Source of the DNA: Ignavibacteria bacterium
Lineage (GTDB): Bacteria; Bacteroidota; Ignavibacteria; UBA10030; SZUA-254
Assembly: GCA_031379665.1 (NCBI GenBank)
Contig: JANNFI010000139.1
Coordinates: 4,588-68,587 of the forward strand
Direction: 5' to 3'
Length of the DNA stretch: 64,000 nucleotides
Below the pieces are notes generated by a model, which ran no database searches, was not told the DNA's origin, and saw only the letters and a program-made list of their open reading frames with translations. The position numbers and the translations under genes are program-made. Shown here in pieces: positions 37,756 to 48,415 of this stretch. Each line of letters opens with the position of its first letter. Within the stretch, counting starts at the first letter, position 1.

Positions 37756-38787
37756 GTGACAGAGTCGCATTTCGCGGCGTTCCCGAACCTCTACGAACAG
37801 CAACGACGGAACAAGCGGCGCACCGTCGGGGTCATTGTCGTCTTCATCGTCTTCCTCGGCTTTCTTGGTTTCGGGTTCGACCTCTACTTTCTGGGGAACG
37901 ATCCCCTCGGTATCGTCGGGGAGCCGTATGGATTTCCGATGGCCTCGGTCGTTGCCCTGGGTGTGGGCGCCGTCTCGGCCGCGTGGGGGTTGAGCGGTGG
38001 GGCTAAGGCGGTGCTGGCATCCGCGCGGGCCTACCCGGTCCCTGCCGACGACGCGCGGTACCAGGTCCTCAACAACGTCGTGGACGAGATGACGATCGCT
38101 GCCGGAATCCCCAGGCCGGCGGTCTACATCGTCCCGGACGCCGACCCCAACGCGTTCGCGACCGGGAGCGACCCGGCGCACAGCGCCATCGCGGTGACGG
38201 AGGGGCTCCTCGACACCCTCAGTCGTGACGAACTGCAGGGTGTGGTGGCCCACGAGCTCGGTCACATCAAAAACTACGACATCAGGCTGACCACAGTGGT
38301 CGCCGTCCTCGTCGGCGCTGCGTTTCTGCTCTCCGACTGGGGGAGGACGGGGATGCGGTTCGGGATGATAGGGAAAGCGCGGAGCAGATCGGGGTCGAAG
38401 AGCAGCGGTCCGGGGGGTGTCATCGGTCTGGTGGTCATGGTCTTCTGGTTCGCGACACTGCTCCTCGCACCGCTCATCAGCCAACTGCTGGCGATGTCGA
38501 TCTCGAGGCAGCGGGAATACCTCGCGGATGCATCAGGCGCGGAACTCACGAGAAACCCGCTCGGCCTCGCGTCCGCGCTGACGAAACTCCAGGACGCGTC
38601 GGCGCCTACGACCTCGATGAGGAAGGGATCCGCCCACCTCTGCATCGTCGATCCCCTGGGGAAGAGGATGAACTTGCGGGAGGGGGCGCTCGCGGAGATC
38701 TTCGGCACGCACCCGCCCCTCGAAAAAAGGATTACGATCCTGAAGGCGATGGCATATTCGAACAATCCGTCCGACGCCGGGCGTTGA
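37756..38787 (+). CDS. M48-family zinc metalloprotease (HtpX-like), partner of LemA
   Basis: HELGHIKN zinc motif and TM helices. GTG start lies 1 nt after the lemA stop. Confidence 0.85.
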   Translation: MTESHFAAFPNLYEQQRRNKRRTVGVIVVFIVFLGFLGFGFDLYFLGNDPLGIVGEPYGFPMASVVALGVGAVSAAWGLSGGAKAVLASARAYPVPADDARYQVLNNVVDEMTIAAGIPRPAVYIVPDADPNAFATGSDPAHSAIAVTEGLLDTLSRDELQGVVAHELGHIKNYDIRLTTVVAVLVGAAFLLSDWGRTGMRFGMIGKARSRSGSKSSGPGGVIGLVVMVFWFATLLLAPLISQLLAMSISRQREYLADASGAELTRNPLGLASALTKLQDASAPTTSMRKGSAHLCIVDPLGKRMNLREGALAEIFGTHPPLEKRITILKAMAYSNNPSDAGR

Positions 38788-38901
38788 AGCCCCTGATGCC
38801 GCCGGAAGCCCAGGCTTGGCGCGGACCGCCCGTCGGGAATTCCGTATATTGATTCAACGCACTGATTGAACTCACCGATTCATCCGACCGCAGGATTGAC
38901 C

Positions 38902-39351
38902 ATGACCTCCACAAGAAAGAAAACGTCGCGACGGCTCTCGGGGCTGGACCGCAGGTACGATACTGAACCCGTCTCGTCCGTTGACGCGGCCGTGCTCGAG
39001 ACGTTCCCCTATGAAAACCCCGGCGAGCGGGAGGTGATCAGGATAGACACGAACGAATTCACCGCCGTGTGCCCCTATTCCGGCCTCCCTGACTTCGGCA
39101 CGATCAGGATCGAATACATTCCCGGGCGAAGCATCGTCGAGCTCCGGTCGTTGAAATATTACCTCTTTTCGTACCGGAACGTTGGAGTCTACCAGGAGCA
39201 CGTCGTCAACCGGATCCTCCGCGACCTGACGCAGTGCTGCAAACCGAAGTGGATGAAGGTTGAGGTGGACTACAACATCAGGGGCGGGGTGCACACGACG
39301 GTCTCCGGCGAACGGGGGAAGAAGCCCGGGAAGGGGAGTGACGTCCGTTGA
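38902..39351 (+). CDS. queF: NADPH-dependent 7-cyano-7-deazaguanine reductase
   Basis: EFTAVCPYSGLPDFGTIRIEYIP signature, including the catalytic Cys. Confidence 0.9.
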   Translation: MTSTRKKTSRRLSGLDRRYDTEPVSSVDAAVLETFPYENPGEREVIRIDTNEFTAVCPYSGLPDFGTIRIEYIPGRSIVELRSLKYYLFSYRNVGVYQEHVVNRILRDLTQCCKPKWMKVEVDYNIRGGVHTTVSGERGKKPGKGSDVR

Positions 39352-39725
39352 AGGACGCGAAATTTTTTCTCGTCGCGGCGGCGCTCCTCGGATGCGTCAG
39401 CGTGGCACTCGGCGCGTTTGGCGCACATGCCCTGAAAGAGAAGTTCGGCCCCGAGCAGCTGGCGAGGTTTGAGACCGCGGTCCGGTACCAGTTCTACCAC
39501 GTGTTCGCTCTCCTGGGCGTGTCGCTGCTTGCGAGGGCCTGGCCGGAGCTCAATTTCGCACCGGCGGGTTGGGCCTTCCTTGCGGGCGTAGTCGTCTTCT
39601 CTGGAACACTCTATCTCATCGACCTGACGGGAGTCAGGATGTTCGGGGCGATCACGCCAATCGGTGGAGTGTTGCTCCTTGCAGGCTGGGCGCTCCTGGC
39701 GTGGGAGGCAGGGAAGATACCCTAA
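39348..39725 (+). CDS. DUF423 membrane protein
   Basis: Four TM helices and GAFGAH motif. Putative TTG start overlaps the queF stop. Confidence 0.7.
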   Translation: MKDAKFFLVAAALLGCVSVALGAFGAHALKEKFGPEQLARFETAVRYQFYHVFALLGVSLLARAWPELNFAPAGWAFLAGVVVFSGTLYLIDLTGVRMFGAITPIGGVLLLAGWALLAWEAGKIP

Positions 39726-42220
39726 CGCCGCCGTCTCCTGCGGCGTCGGCCGGCAGGTGAGCCGGTCCCCTGGTCGCCGGGCTTGCTTCCGGTGTCCTCT
39801 CCGCCGCGGTCCTTCCTCGGTTCGAGGTCTGGGGCGCCTTCTCCACGGCTTTTCTTCTTCTGCTGTCCCGGCCGATCGCCGGGGCGGTCCTGTTGTTGTT
39901 CCTTGCCCTTCGCCGGATTTCCGCCCACCACCGGAGTACCGCGTCCGTCACCGCCGCGTCCGCCACGACCACGTCCGCGTCCTGCGGGTTCACGCTGGCC
40001 TTCCTGGCCGCTCCGGCCGCCGCCTGCGTTCCCCCGACCACGTTCGCCGCGTTTCTCGTTCCCCTCGACGTCGACGATCATGAAGTCCATTTCCCGTTCT
40101 TCGGGATCGACCCGCACGACCTTCACCGTAACCTTGTCCCCGAGGCGGTAGACCTGGTTGGTCCGTTTGCCGACGAGCCGGTAATGCTTTTCGTCGAAGA
40201 TGTAATAATCGTCCTTCAGGTCGCGGAGCCGGATCAAGCCCTCGACGAGGAGGTCGTTGATCTCGACGAAGAGGCCGAAGTTTGTGACGCCCGAAATGAG
40301 CGCGTGGAAGACGTCTCCGACGTGTCGTTTCATGTATTCGACCTGCATCACCTTGATCGACGCGCGCTCCGCGTCGGTCGCGATTTTTTCCCGCGCGGAA
40401 GAGTGGCGGCAGATGTCGTTCAGGTTCGCAGCCCAGTGCGAGACCCTCGCCTTGGCGCCGCGGGTTTCGTATTCGTGGAGCAAGCGGTGGACGATCAGGT
40501 CGGGATACCGGCGGATCGGCGAGGTGAAGTGCGTATAGTACTTGAACCCGAGGCCGAAGTGACCGATGTTTTCATCGGAATAGACCGCCTTGGCCATCGA
40601 CCTGATCGCGATCTGGTTGATGACGTTTTCCTCCTCCTTTCCGTGCACCGACTCGAGGAGTTTCTGGAACGCGGCCGAGGTGACGCCGGTCTTGGCGTTG
40701 AACGAGTACCCGAGATGCTGGACGAAGGTCCCGAAATCCCTCAGCTTCGCCGGATCGGGGTGGTCGTGAATGCGGTAGACGAACGGACGGGCCTCGGTGC
40801 CCTTCCTGATCCGGCCGATGTGCGCCGCGACCACCTGGTTCGCCTGGAGCATGAACTCCTCGATGAGGCGGTGGGAGGCGAGGCGTTCCTTCTTGACGAT
40901 TTGCGAGGGGAGGCCGCTGTCGTCGAAGCGGAACGCGACCTCGGGGACGTCGAAATCGATGCTGCCGTTGCGGCTGCGGGCCGCGAGCAGGATGAGGCTG
41001 ATCCGGTGGAGTTCGAGCAGTTCCTTCGCGCAGGGACCCTTCCGGTCGTCGATGATCTTTTGTGCGTCCTCATAACTGAACCCTTCGCGGCAATGAATGA
41101 CGCTCTTGCGGATGGTGTAATCTTCCAGTTCGCCGTCGCGCGAGAAAATGAGCATCGTGCTGTACGACAGGCGGTCAACCTCGGGCATCAGGCTGCAGAG
41201 GTCGGCCGAAAGTTTCTCCGGGAGCATCGGGATGACCGTTCCCGGCAGGTAGACGCTGGTCCCGCGTTCCATCGCCTCGGCGTCGAGAGCCGAACCCTCG
41301 GTCACGTAGTGCGAGACGTCGGCGATGTGTACCCCGATCTCGAGGCGGCCGTCCTTCAACTCGCGAATGGAGAGTGCGTCGTCGTGGTCCTTCGCGTCGG
41401 CCGGATCGATGGTGAAGGCCACCACGTCCCTGAGGTCGAGACGCGAAGAGATCTCCCCGGGTGGGATGTCCTCCTCGATCCTGGCGACCTCCTGGAGGAC
41501 GCCGGCGGGGAACGCCTCGGGCAGCTGGAATTCCTCCCTGATGCCTTTCATCTCGACGTGGACTTCACCGGCCTTCCCGAGGACTGTGACGATCTCCCCC
41601 TCAGGATTGAGTTGTTCCGATTCCCACGAGAGAACCCTCGCGGCGACCTTCTCGCCGGGACGGGCGCCCGCGGTCTTGCCCGACGGAATGTAAATGTCCC
41701 TCCCGATCCGGGAGGAATCGGGGATCACGAAGAAGAAATTCTTCCCCTTCTCGAAAGTTCCGATGATGCTCCGCTTCCTGCGCACAACGACTTCCACGAC
41801 CTCGCCTTCCGCGAGAGTGTCGGCTTCCGGGTCGGCGTCGGCGGGCCGGGCGAACACGCTCACCGAGACGGTGTCGCCGTCGATCGCCGTACCCCTGAAT
41901 TTTTGGGTGATGAGGATTTTTTCCACCCGTCCCGGTCCCGTCGTTTCCACGATCCCCTGGCCCTGCTTGATGGCCTTGAAGAGACCGGTTACCCGGTTTG
42001 AGAGCGGCGCGACGCCGCGGCCGTAAAGGCTGCCCTTGTCGCGGTGGACCTCGCCGGAGTCGTGCAGTTCGTTGAGAAGGGTCCTCAACGAAGTGACTTC
42101 CTCGTCGGTTTCGAGGGAGAGCCGGCGGGCGATGACCAGCGTCTTGAATGTCTCGCTGGGGTGTTTCGCGAAGAATGTGAGAAGCCGCTCACGGAGTGAT
42201 TCTGGGGTCTGGGAGGTCAT
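39722..42220 (-). CDS. rnr: Ribonuclease R
   Basis: RNB catalytic domain, S1 domain and a long Arg/Gly/Lys-rich C-terminal tail. Confidence 0.9.
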   Translation of the reverse strand: MTSQTPESLRERLLTFFAKHPSETFKTLVIARRLSLETDEEVTSLRTLLNELHDSGEVHRDKGSLYGRGVAPLSNRVTGLFKAIKQGQGIVETTGPGRVEKILITQKFRGTAIDGDTVSVSVFARPADADPEADTLAEGEVVEVVVRRKRSIIGTFEKGKNFFFVIPDSSRIGRDIYIPSGKTAGARPGEKVAARVLSWESEQLNPEGEIVTVLGKAGEVHVEMKGIREEFQLPEAFPAGVLQEVARIEEDIPPGEISSRLDLRDVVAFTIDPADAKDHDDALSIRELKDGRLEIGVHIADVSHYVTEGSALDAEAMERGTSVYLPGTVIPMLPEKLSADLCSLMPEVDRLSYSTMLIFSRDGELEDYTIRKSVIHCREGFSYEDAQKIIDDRKGPCAKELLELHRISLILLAARSRNGSIDFDVPEVAFRFDDSGLPSQIVKKERLASHRLIEEFMLQANQVVAAHIGRIRKGTEARPFVYRIHDHPDPAKLRDFGTFVQHLGYSFNAKTGVTSAAFQKLLESVHGKEEENVINQIAIRSMAKAVYSDENIGHFGLGFKYYTHFTSPIRRYPDLIVHRLLHEYETRGAKARVSHWAANLNDICRHSSAREKIATDAERASIKVMQVEYMKRHVGDVFHALISGVTNFGLFVEINDLLVEGLIRLRDLKDDYYIFDEKHYRLVGKRTNQVYRLGDKVTVKVVRVDPEEREMDFMIVDVEGNEKRGERGRGNAGGGRSGQEGQREPAGRGRGRGGRGGDGRGTPVVGGNPAKGKEQQQDRPGDRPGQQKKKSRGEGAPDLEPRKDRGGEDTGSKPGDQGTGSPAGRRRRRRRR

Positions 42221-42225
42221 TGTGA

Positions 42226-45200
42226 TTAGAATGAAAATCGATAATAAATCCGTCCTTCGACGGTGTTTTTAGACTCCTCCGAGTTGGTCTCCATACGCTG
42301 TTCGATCTCGAAGAAGAGGTTCCGGATGGATGTGGCGTCGAACAGGTCGCCGAGGCTCGCCTTGTAGCTCACGCTCGTGCGACTGGCGTCGCTGAGGATC
42401 TTTCCACCGATCCGCAGGTACCCTTCGAGCGCGCTCGCCGAAACCTGGACGTTGGTGCCGGGCGACGCGCCGCCTTCGTAGGTGACTTCCACGCTCCGTA
42501 CGAAGGGGAGTTCCCTCCTGACGTAGTCGTCGAGGACCCTCGTCAGGAGGCTCGAGGTGAGGATCGATCCGACCATCGCCCCGGTTCCGGGGGAGACGTC
42601 CCCGGCGATCGATGAGCGGTCGCTGGACTTGAGCTCCTCGGAAAACTTGCCGGTCAGGATGAACGAGATGGCGTCGGATTGGGTCTCGGCGGGCGTGGAA
42701 CTGCCTGAGATGTCCACGAACGAGCCCCCGCCCGAGGCTTCCTCGCGCAGGGTCATCTTCAGGACCGGCTCGAGCCGGCGTCCGGTGATCTCGAGCAACA
42801 CCTGGACCCGGCGCGTCGCTGGCTCCTCCTCGCCGCTCTGCTCATTGTAGGTCACATGGGACGCCTCGTAGATCGCCTTCACGTCCAGTTCCGGATTGTC
42901 CCAGGGGCCGACGAATCTCAGCCTGCCGGTCGCGTCGAAACGCTGGAAGAATTTGTAGTACGACGGCACTCCGATCTCGACGGTGCCGTAGATCCGCGGC
43001 TCACCGGTTTCGTTGACTGCGGTGACGCGGCCGTCGAGCTCAGCGTAGAGGATTTCATCGGACTGTTGGGTGAAAATGAATTTCACCGCGGGGGCGCCGC
43101 GGGTCTCGACGATCAGGTTGTAGCGGAGCTGGTCGATGAATGCAAGCCGTTCGCTCCTGCCCGGCTTCCCGGCCTCGGCCCGACCGGAATCCACCTGTCC
43201 GAAGAACGGGCTGAGGAAGTCCTTCTCGGGAACATACCCCGCGGAGGTGTCGTTCACGACGACGTAGTTCAGCCGGCGGAACCCGAGCGTCGACTGCTGT
43301 CGCGACATCGGCGGGAATGTGATGAAGGCGTCGGTGACGAAGAGGTGGCCGGTGAGGTAGGGCCTGGAAAGATTTCCGCTCAGGTTCAGCCCGTCGCCGT
43401 CGGACCGGATGAAGAGCGGGCCGTACATCTCCGGCAGGGCGCGCCGCGATTCCTCTCCGAGCACCAGCAGTCCCCCGCGGCCGGTGATGTCGAAGCTGTC
43501 CAGCCTGAACCGCTCCGTGGTGATGGTGCCGCTGAGCTGCATCGTTCCCGCCGGACGCGCCGTCGGGACGTTTTCGAGCGTGAATCCGTTGAGCACGAGC
43601 CGGGATCCCTTGGCCTCGATCGAGCCGTTCATGATGTACGGCAGGTTGTTCGGCACGAAGAGGAAGTTGACCCCGCTGAATAGCATGCTGCCCGAGTAGG
43701 CCGGGTTGCGCGGGGAGCCGCCGATGATGAGGTCGCTGTTGAGCCTTCCGGTCAGGTTCTGCAGTTCGGCGATGAGAGGGTCGAAAATGCTGATGTCGAA
43801 ATTCTCCGCGTGGATCCTGATGTCCTGTTCGAGGTCGGGGAACCGTTCGCCGGCGCCGGCGAACCAAAAAAAGGCGGGCAACCACCCGGTGAGCGTCAGG
43901 ACGGCGTCCGTCGAGGCCCTGGTCATTTTGTTCTGGACGTGGATCGTCAGGAGGCGGTCGGCGTATGAAATGTTAGATCCGACGTACCCGAGGCGGGTTT
44001 TCCGCAGTACGAAATTTTCGCTCGAAGCCTCGACGGAGAACGTCGGAGCCTCCGGGGTTCCGCCGATCCTGACGTCGGCCTGCGCCGTGCCCCTGAACCC
44101 GTTGTCGGGCCTCCGCAGTTCCGGGTAGGGCAGGAGCAGATTCAGGACCGAGAGGTCGAACCCCCTGATGCCGAAGGACGCGTCGAGGCTGCCGTGTTTC
44201 CCGAGAAGGCCCCGCGCAGAGAGTTCCTCGTCGCCGCGCCTGAAGACCGCTCGCATGATTCTGAGGCCCTCGGCGCTGAGCCTGAACTGGACGTCCTGGT
44301 CGTTCGCCCAACCGTAATCACCCGCCCTCGCCGTGAGCGTATCGAGGTCGAAGACGAACATCCGGGGTTGGATGGACATCTGACCGCTCAACCCGAGGAA
44401 GAGCACCGAGTCGATCATTCCGGACGCGGCGATCCTTCCCTTCGCGTTTGCATACCGCAGCCCGAGCCGTGCCTGATCGACTGAAACGCCCTCGACGATG
44501 GCGACACGGACCCCGACGTTGATCTCCGCGCCGAGGTTTTCCAGCACCGCGGTCTCCCCGAGGTTCGCGACCGTGATGTCGACCGTCGCATCCTTCAGCA
44601 GCCAGCCGTGGTCGATCGTCCCGACGTAGAATTCCTCCAGCACACCCTTCATGTCGACGGTCAGGCCTCGCTCGTTGCTCGAAAAATTCCCCGAGACGCT
44701 GCCATGGACGTTGAAGGGCGTGAGGCTGAGGAACTCACCGACCGGGAGGAGGTTCTTGACCTCCACCCGATAGGAAAAATCCATGTCGTGACCTGCAGGA
44801 TCGTGGCGCGGGGCCAGCCGCAAAGTGCCGCTTCGCCGTGGCAAGGGTGTCGGCGTCGCGGCCGTGTCCGTACCCCTGACGTGGCTCCCCACCGCCTCGA
44901 TGAGCCCGGCGAACCGGTCCCGGGCCGTCTCCGTCAGCAGATCGAGCTCGAACGCCCCGTCGAGTTCCACCGCCGCGAGGGACGAATTCAGCCGGAGGAG
45001 CTTGTGGCGGGGATCGCCCTGGTCGAGGATGAACGAAAGCGAATCGGCCTCCATCGCGTGGTCTCTGAATCGCGAGGGGAGGATCACGAGCGCAGCCGTG
45101 ACGTCGAGATCGTCGATCGAGGAGCCTGCGAACGAAACCCTGCCCCGGGCGGTGATGTCGCTCCGGTAGAGTGTGTCGTCGAGGAGCGTCGAGAGGTCGA

Positions 45201-46803
45201 GGGATGTGACCGAAAAATCGGCGTCGTGTACCGAAATCGTGTCTCCGGCCAGCCTCGCGGAGAACGAGGCGTCCGCCCTGGTCCGCCCGGATGATCCGTG
45301 GCCCTCGGCTTCGATCATCCCCATGCTCATCGTCCCGTTGGCCTCGAGCGAACCGAACTGGAAGCCCCGAAACCTGGACGAATCCAGGATGACGAAGAAA
45401 TTGGTTTTCATCAGTTCGGGGTTGAAATCCTCACCCTGGATTTCCATCCTTCCGTTGAGCAGCGTCCCGGGAAATTCCTCGCCAAAGATGAGCGCGGGAT
45501 TGAAGTCCGCCACCTCGTAGGAGGCGCTGTACGCGGGTGGCGTCGTGTTCAGGTGGAACGTGTTGCGTCCCGTCAACCGTCCGAAGGCGCCGCGGAGGTC
45601 GAGGTCGGTCGTGAAGTCGACCGGGAGCCCGACGAAATGTCCCTTCAAGGCGATCGGCAGGTCCGGGGAGAGGATGTCGTCGGGTATCTCCCTTATAAAC
45701 ACGTCCACGTCCCTCAGCGTCACGCGGCTCGGTTCGATCCATACATCGAGGTAGAGTTCTTCGGGTGTGTGCAGCCGGCTGACCCGGCCGCGGACTTCGA
45801 CGCTGCTTTGCGGCGTCACGACTTCAAGGTTCGAGACCCTCAGGTCACTGAAGGGGCCCTCAGCCGCACAGCGGACCTCCGCCGATCCGGCGCCCCGGGG
45901 GATCCACGTCAGGAACGTGCTCAATTCCCCGTAGTCGACGTTCCGGGCGTCGAGCCGGAGGGAAACGGAATCGTCACGGAGGCCTTCGAGCGGCGGCAGG
46001 CCCTCCAGGAGCGAGCGGTCGATCGATGCATCCAGTTCCAGGTAACTCTTTTCCGACTGGATGATGAGGTCGTCAACCGTGGTGAGCGAGGGTCCGATGG
46101 TGATCGTGGCGCCCAGCTGCTGGAGTTCGAAATCGGGCTGGAGGGAGGACCATTTCAATTTGCGGATGTCGAGACCGGCATTCGGACCGTTCAGCGAAAA
46201 CGCCCCGTCGAACCAGATGCCGTCCACGGTGAACCGGTGCGATGCGGGGTAGGAGAGGGGGACCGGCGCTCCGGGGAGGCCGTCGACGAGCTGGGAATCC
46301 TCAACGCTGAACGAACCATCGCTGATCTGGATGTCTGCGAGACGCAGCTCCCAGTCGAATCCCCCTGCTGAGGTATCGGTGGAGGGGTGGACAAGGGTCG
46401 CAACGTTCCACCCGCCGTCAGCGGATTTCACGAGCGAGAGTCGGGGTGATTCGATGATGAGGCTGCTGATGTCGATCACGTTCCTGAGGAATCCGATCGG
46501 CTCGTACAGGCAGATGATTCGTGCGATGGAGACCACTTCACGTTCCCCCTGGTCGATCGTGACGGAATCCATCGTGAATCCGCCGATCATATTTCCCTCG
46601 ATCCGCCCGATATGGAGCGTCCCGTTCAGGCTCTTCGAGAGCGTCGAGACGAGGTAGGTGCGGAGCATGTCGCGTACGTACGGTGTCTGGGTGAGGAGTC
46701 CGGCAACGACGAGGAAGATCAGGACCGTGGTGACGATGTAGGCGACGATCTTGAAGACGCGCAACAGCGCGTGGAGGATGCGGTCCGAGGCGCTCAGGGG
46801 CAT
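42226..46803 (-). CDS. tamB: Translocation and assembly module protein TamB-like (AsmA/DUF490 family), 1525 aa
   Basis: N-terminal TM anchor, long beta-rich body and C-terminal DUF490-like ending ...GRIYYRFSF. Confidence 0.8.
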   Translation of the reverse strand: MPLSASDRILHALLRVFKIVAYIVTTVLIFLVVAGLLTQTPYVRDMLRTYLVSTLSKSLNGTLHIGRIEGNMIGGFTMDSVTIDQGEREVVSIARIICLYEPIGFLRNVIDISSLIIESPRLSLVKSADGGWNVATLVHPSTDTSAGGFDWELRLADIQISDGSFSVEDSQLVDGLPGAPVPLSYPASHRFTVDGIWFDGAFSLNGPNAGLDIRKLKWSSLQPDFELQQLGATITIGPSLTTVDDLIIQSEKSYLELDASIDRSLLEGLPPLEGLRDDSVSLRLDARNVDYGELSTFLTWIPRGAGSAEVRCAAEGPFSDLRVSNLEVVTPQSSVEVRGRVSRLHTPEELYLDVWIEPSRVTLRDVDVFIREIPDDILSPDLPIALKGHFVGLPVDFTTDLDLRGAFGRLTGRNTFHLNTTPPAYSASYEVADFNPALIFGEEFPGTLLNGRMEIQGEDFNPELMKTNFFVILDSSRFRGFQFGSLEANGTMSMGMIEAEGHGSSGRTRADASFSARLAGDTISVHDADFSVTSLDLSTLLDDTLYRSDITARGRVSFAGSSIDDLDVTAALVILPSRFRDHAMEADSLSFILDQGDPRHKLLRLNSSLAAVELDGAFELDLLTETARDRFAGLIEAVGSHVRGTDTAATPTPLPRRSGTLRLAPRHDPAGHDMDFSYRVEVKNLLPVGEFLSLTPFNVHGSVSGNFSSNERGLTVDMKGVLEEFYVGTIDHGWLLKDATVDITVANLGETAVLENLGAEINVGVRVAIVEGVSVDQARLGLRYANAKGRIAASGMIDSVLFLGLSGQMSIQPRMFVFDLDTLTARAGDYGWANDQDVQFRLSAEGLRIMRAVFRRGDEELSARGLLGKHGSLDASFGIRGFDLSVLNLLLPYPELRRPDNGFRGTAQADVRIGGTPEAPTFSVEASSENFVLRKTRLGYVGSNISYADRLLTIHVQNKMTRASTDAVLTLTGWLPAFFWFAGAGERFPDLEQDIRIHAENFDISIFDPLIAELQNLTGRLNSDLIIGGSPRNPAYSGSMLFSGVNFLFVPNNLPYIMNGSIEAKGSRLVLNGFTLENVPTARPAGTMQLSGTITTERFRLDSFDITGRGGLLVLGEESRRALPEMYGPLFIRSDGDGLNLSGNLSRPYLTGHLFVTDAFITFPPMSRQQSTLGFRRLNYVVVNDTSAGYVPEKDFLSPFFGQVDSGRAEAGKPGRSERLAFIDQLRYNLIVETRGAPAVKFIFTQQSDEILYAELDGRVTAVNETGEPRIYGTVEIGVPSYYKFFQRFDATGRLRFVGPWDNPELDVKAIYEASHVTYNEQSGEEEPATRRVQVLLEITGRRLEPVLKMTLREEASGGGSFVDISGSSTPAETQSDAISFILTGKFSEELKSSDRSSIAGDVSPGTGAMVGSILTSSLLTRVLDDYVRRELPFVRSVEVTYEGGASPGTNVQVSASALEGYLRIGGKILSDASRTSVSYKASLGDLFDATSIRNLFFEIEQRMETNSEESKNTVEGRIYYRFSF

Positions 46804-47270
46804 CGTTCCAGTATCCGCTCAATGATCCCTGTGGTTGAGCGGTCGGGCACATAGTCGATGGTCGCCACCCGTCCGCCGGCTTTCTCGACGATATCCCGGC
46901 CGACGATGTCCTGGATCTTCCAGTCGGCCCCCTTGACCAGAACGTCGGGCACCAGTGCCTCGATGGTCCGGTGGGGCGTGTCCTCGGTGAAGACGCACAC
47001 GAAGTCGACGCAATCGAGGTGGGAGAGCACGAACGCGCGGTCGTCTCCGGCGACGATCGGTCGGCGTTCGCCCTTGATCCGTTTCACGGAGTCGTCGGAG
47101 TTCATCCCCACGATGAGGACGTCGCCGAGCTGTTTCGCTTTCGTCAGGTACTCAACGTGGCCGCGATGGAGGATGTCGAAGACCCCGTTGGTGAAGACGA
47201 CGGATTTGCCGGCCGAGCGGTAGGTCGACCGAATCGCGGAGAGCTCCAGGAGGGGGACGACGCGGCCCAT
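46794..47270 (-). CDS. hldC: D-glycero-beta-D-manno-heptose 1-phosphate adenylyltransferase (HldE domain II as a separate gene)
   Basis: Cytidylyltransferase fold HxGH (FDILHRGH). Overlaps the tamB start by 10 nt. Confidence 0.85.
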   Translation of the reverse strand: MGRVVPLLELSAIRSTYRSAGKSVVFTNGVFDILHRGHVEYLTKAKQLGDVLIVGMNSDDSVKRIKGERRPIVAGDDRAFVLSHLDCVDFVCVFTEDTPHRTIEALVPDVLVKGADWKIQDIVGRDIVEKAGGRVATIDYVPDRSTTGIIERILERCP

Positions 47271-48292
47271 CAGGAACGGTCCCCGCGCGGCGGCTTGTGG
47301 TTGACCTCGGCGAGCACGGTCCTGATCAGTTCGTCCCGGTCGATCGGGACGATGCCGACATACCCGCAGACCACGCCGCCGCTGAAGTTCGCGAGGCTCG
47401 AGGCCTCCCTGATGGTGGCCCCGCCGAGCAGCGCCATCGTCAGCGTTGCGATGACCGTGTCTCCCGCGCCCGAGACATCGGCCACCGTGCGCGCCTTCGT
47501 CGGCACGGTCGAGACCGAACCGTCCTGCTCGAAGAGCATCATTCCCTGTTCCCCGAGCGTCAACAGGATGTTGCCAACCCCGAGCTGGCGGAGGAGGGCC
47601 CGTCCGGCCTCCTCGATCTCGGCGGTCGTCGTGAGCTTCCGGCCAAGCGCCTCCTCGACCTCTTTCTTGTTCGGCTTGAACACCGTCACCCCGGTGAAGT
47701 CGAAGAAATTCTCGAACTTCGGATCGACGGTCACGGGGATCCCGCGGCGTGAGGCCAACGCGGTGATTTCGCGGATGAGCTCCTTTCCGATTACGCCCTT
47801 GTTGTAGTCCTCGAAGATCACGCCGTCGATCCGGTCGAGCTGTCCGGCGACGAATCCGACGATCTTCGAGACGAGGGCGGGGTCGAGGGGCGAGCGGGAT
47901 TCCCTGTCGATGCGGGCGACGTGCTGCGATTGGGCGATGATGCGGGTCTTTACGGTGGTCGGGCGTGACGGGTCGACAAAGAGGCCGTCGGCCGACAGGC
48001 CGCCCTCCCGGAGGAGGTCGGTCACCAGACGGCCGCTCCCATCATCGCCGACGACACCGACAAGGAGGGGGTCGCCTCCGAGAGATCGGACGTTCCGCGC
48101 GACGTTGCTCGCGCCGCCGAGCCTGGCCTGGTCGTCGTCGAGGTCGATCACTGGAACCGGCGCCTCGGGGGAGAGGCGGTTCACCCGTCCCCAGAGGTAC
48201 CTGTCGAGCATCACGTCGCCGATCACCGCGATGCGCCGGCCGGTCATCGATTGGCAGACGGCCAGGAGCCTATTTTCATTGATTGTAATCAC
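47270..48292 (-). CDS. hldA: D-glycero-beta-D-manno-heptose-7-phosphate kinase (HldE domain I as a separate gene)
   Basis: PfkB-family kinase motifs (GGASNVA, DVSGAGDT). Confidence 0.85.
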   Translation of the reverse strand: MITINENRLLAVCQSMTGRRIAVIGDVMLDRYLWGRVNRLSPEAPVPVIDLDDDQARLGGASNVARNVRSLGGDPLLVGVVGDDGSGRLVTDLLREGGLSADGLFVDPSRPTTVKTRIIAQSQHVARIDRESRSPLDPALVSKIVGFVAGQLDRIDGVIFEDYNKGVIGKELIREITALASRRGIPVTVDPKFENFFDFTGVTVFKPNKKEVEEALGRKLTTTAEIEEAGRALLRQLGVGNILLTLGEQGMMLFEQDGSVSTVPTKARTVADVSGAGDTVIATLTMALLGGATIREASSLANFSGGVVCGYVGIVPIDRDELIRTVLAEVNHKPPRGDRS

Positions 48293-48415
48293 GGTCGGAC
48301 AGCGCTCAAAGGATTCCTCTCCAATCGATCAATATATGCAGAACCGCATAGAAAATCAAATACTTAGGGCGGTCCACTTTGGAGATTTCTGAGGTGTTAC
48401 CTATATTTGTTCACC

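Noticed and set aside
38788-38901. preQ1 riboswitch upstream of queF.
   Set aside because: No preQ1-I style hairpin followed by an A-rich tail is present. Only short direct repeats, which are reported separately as a possible protein-binding site.
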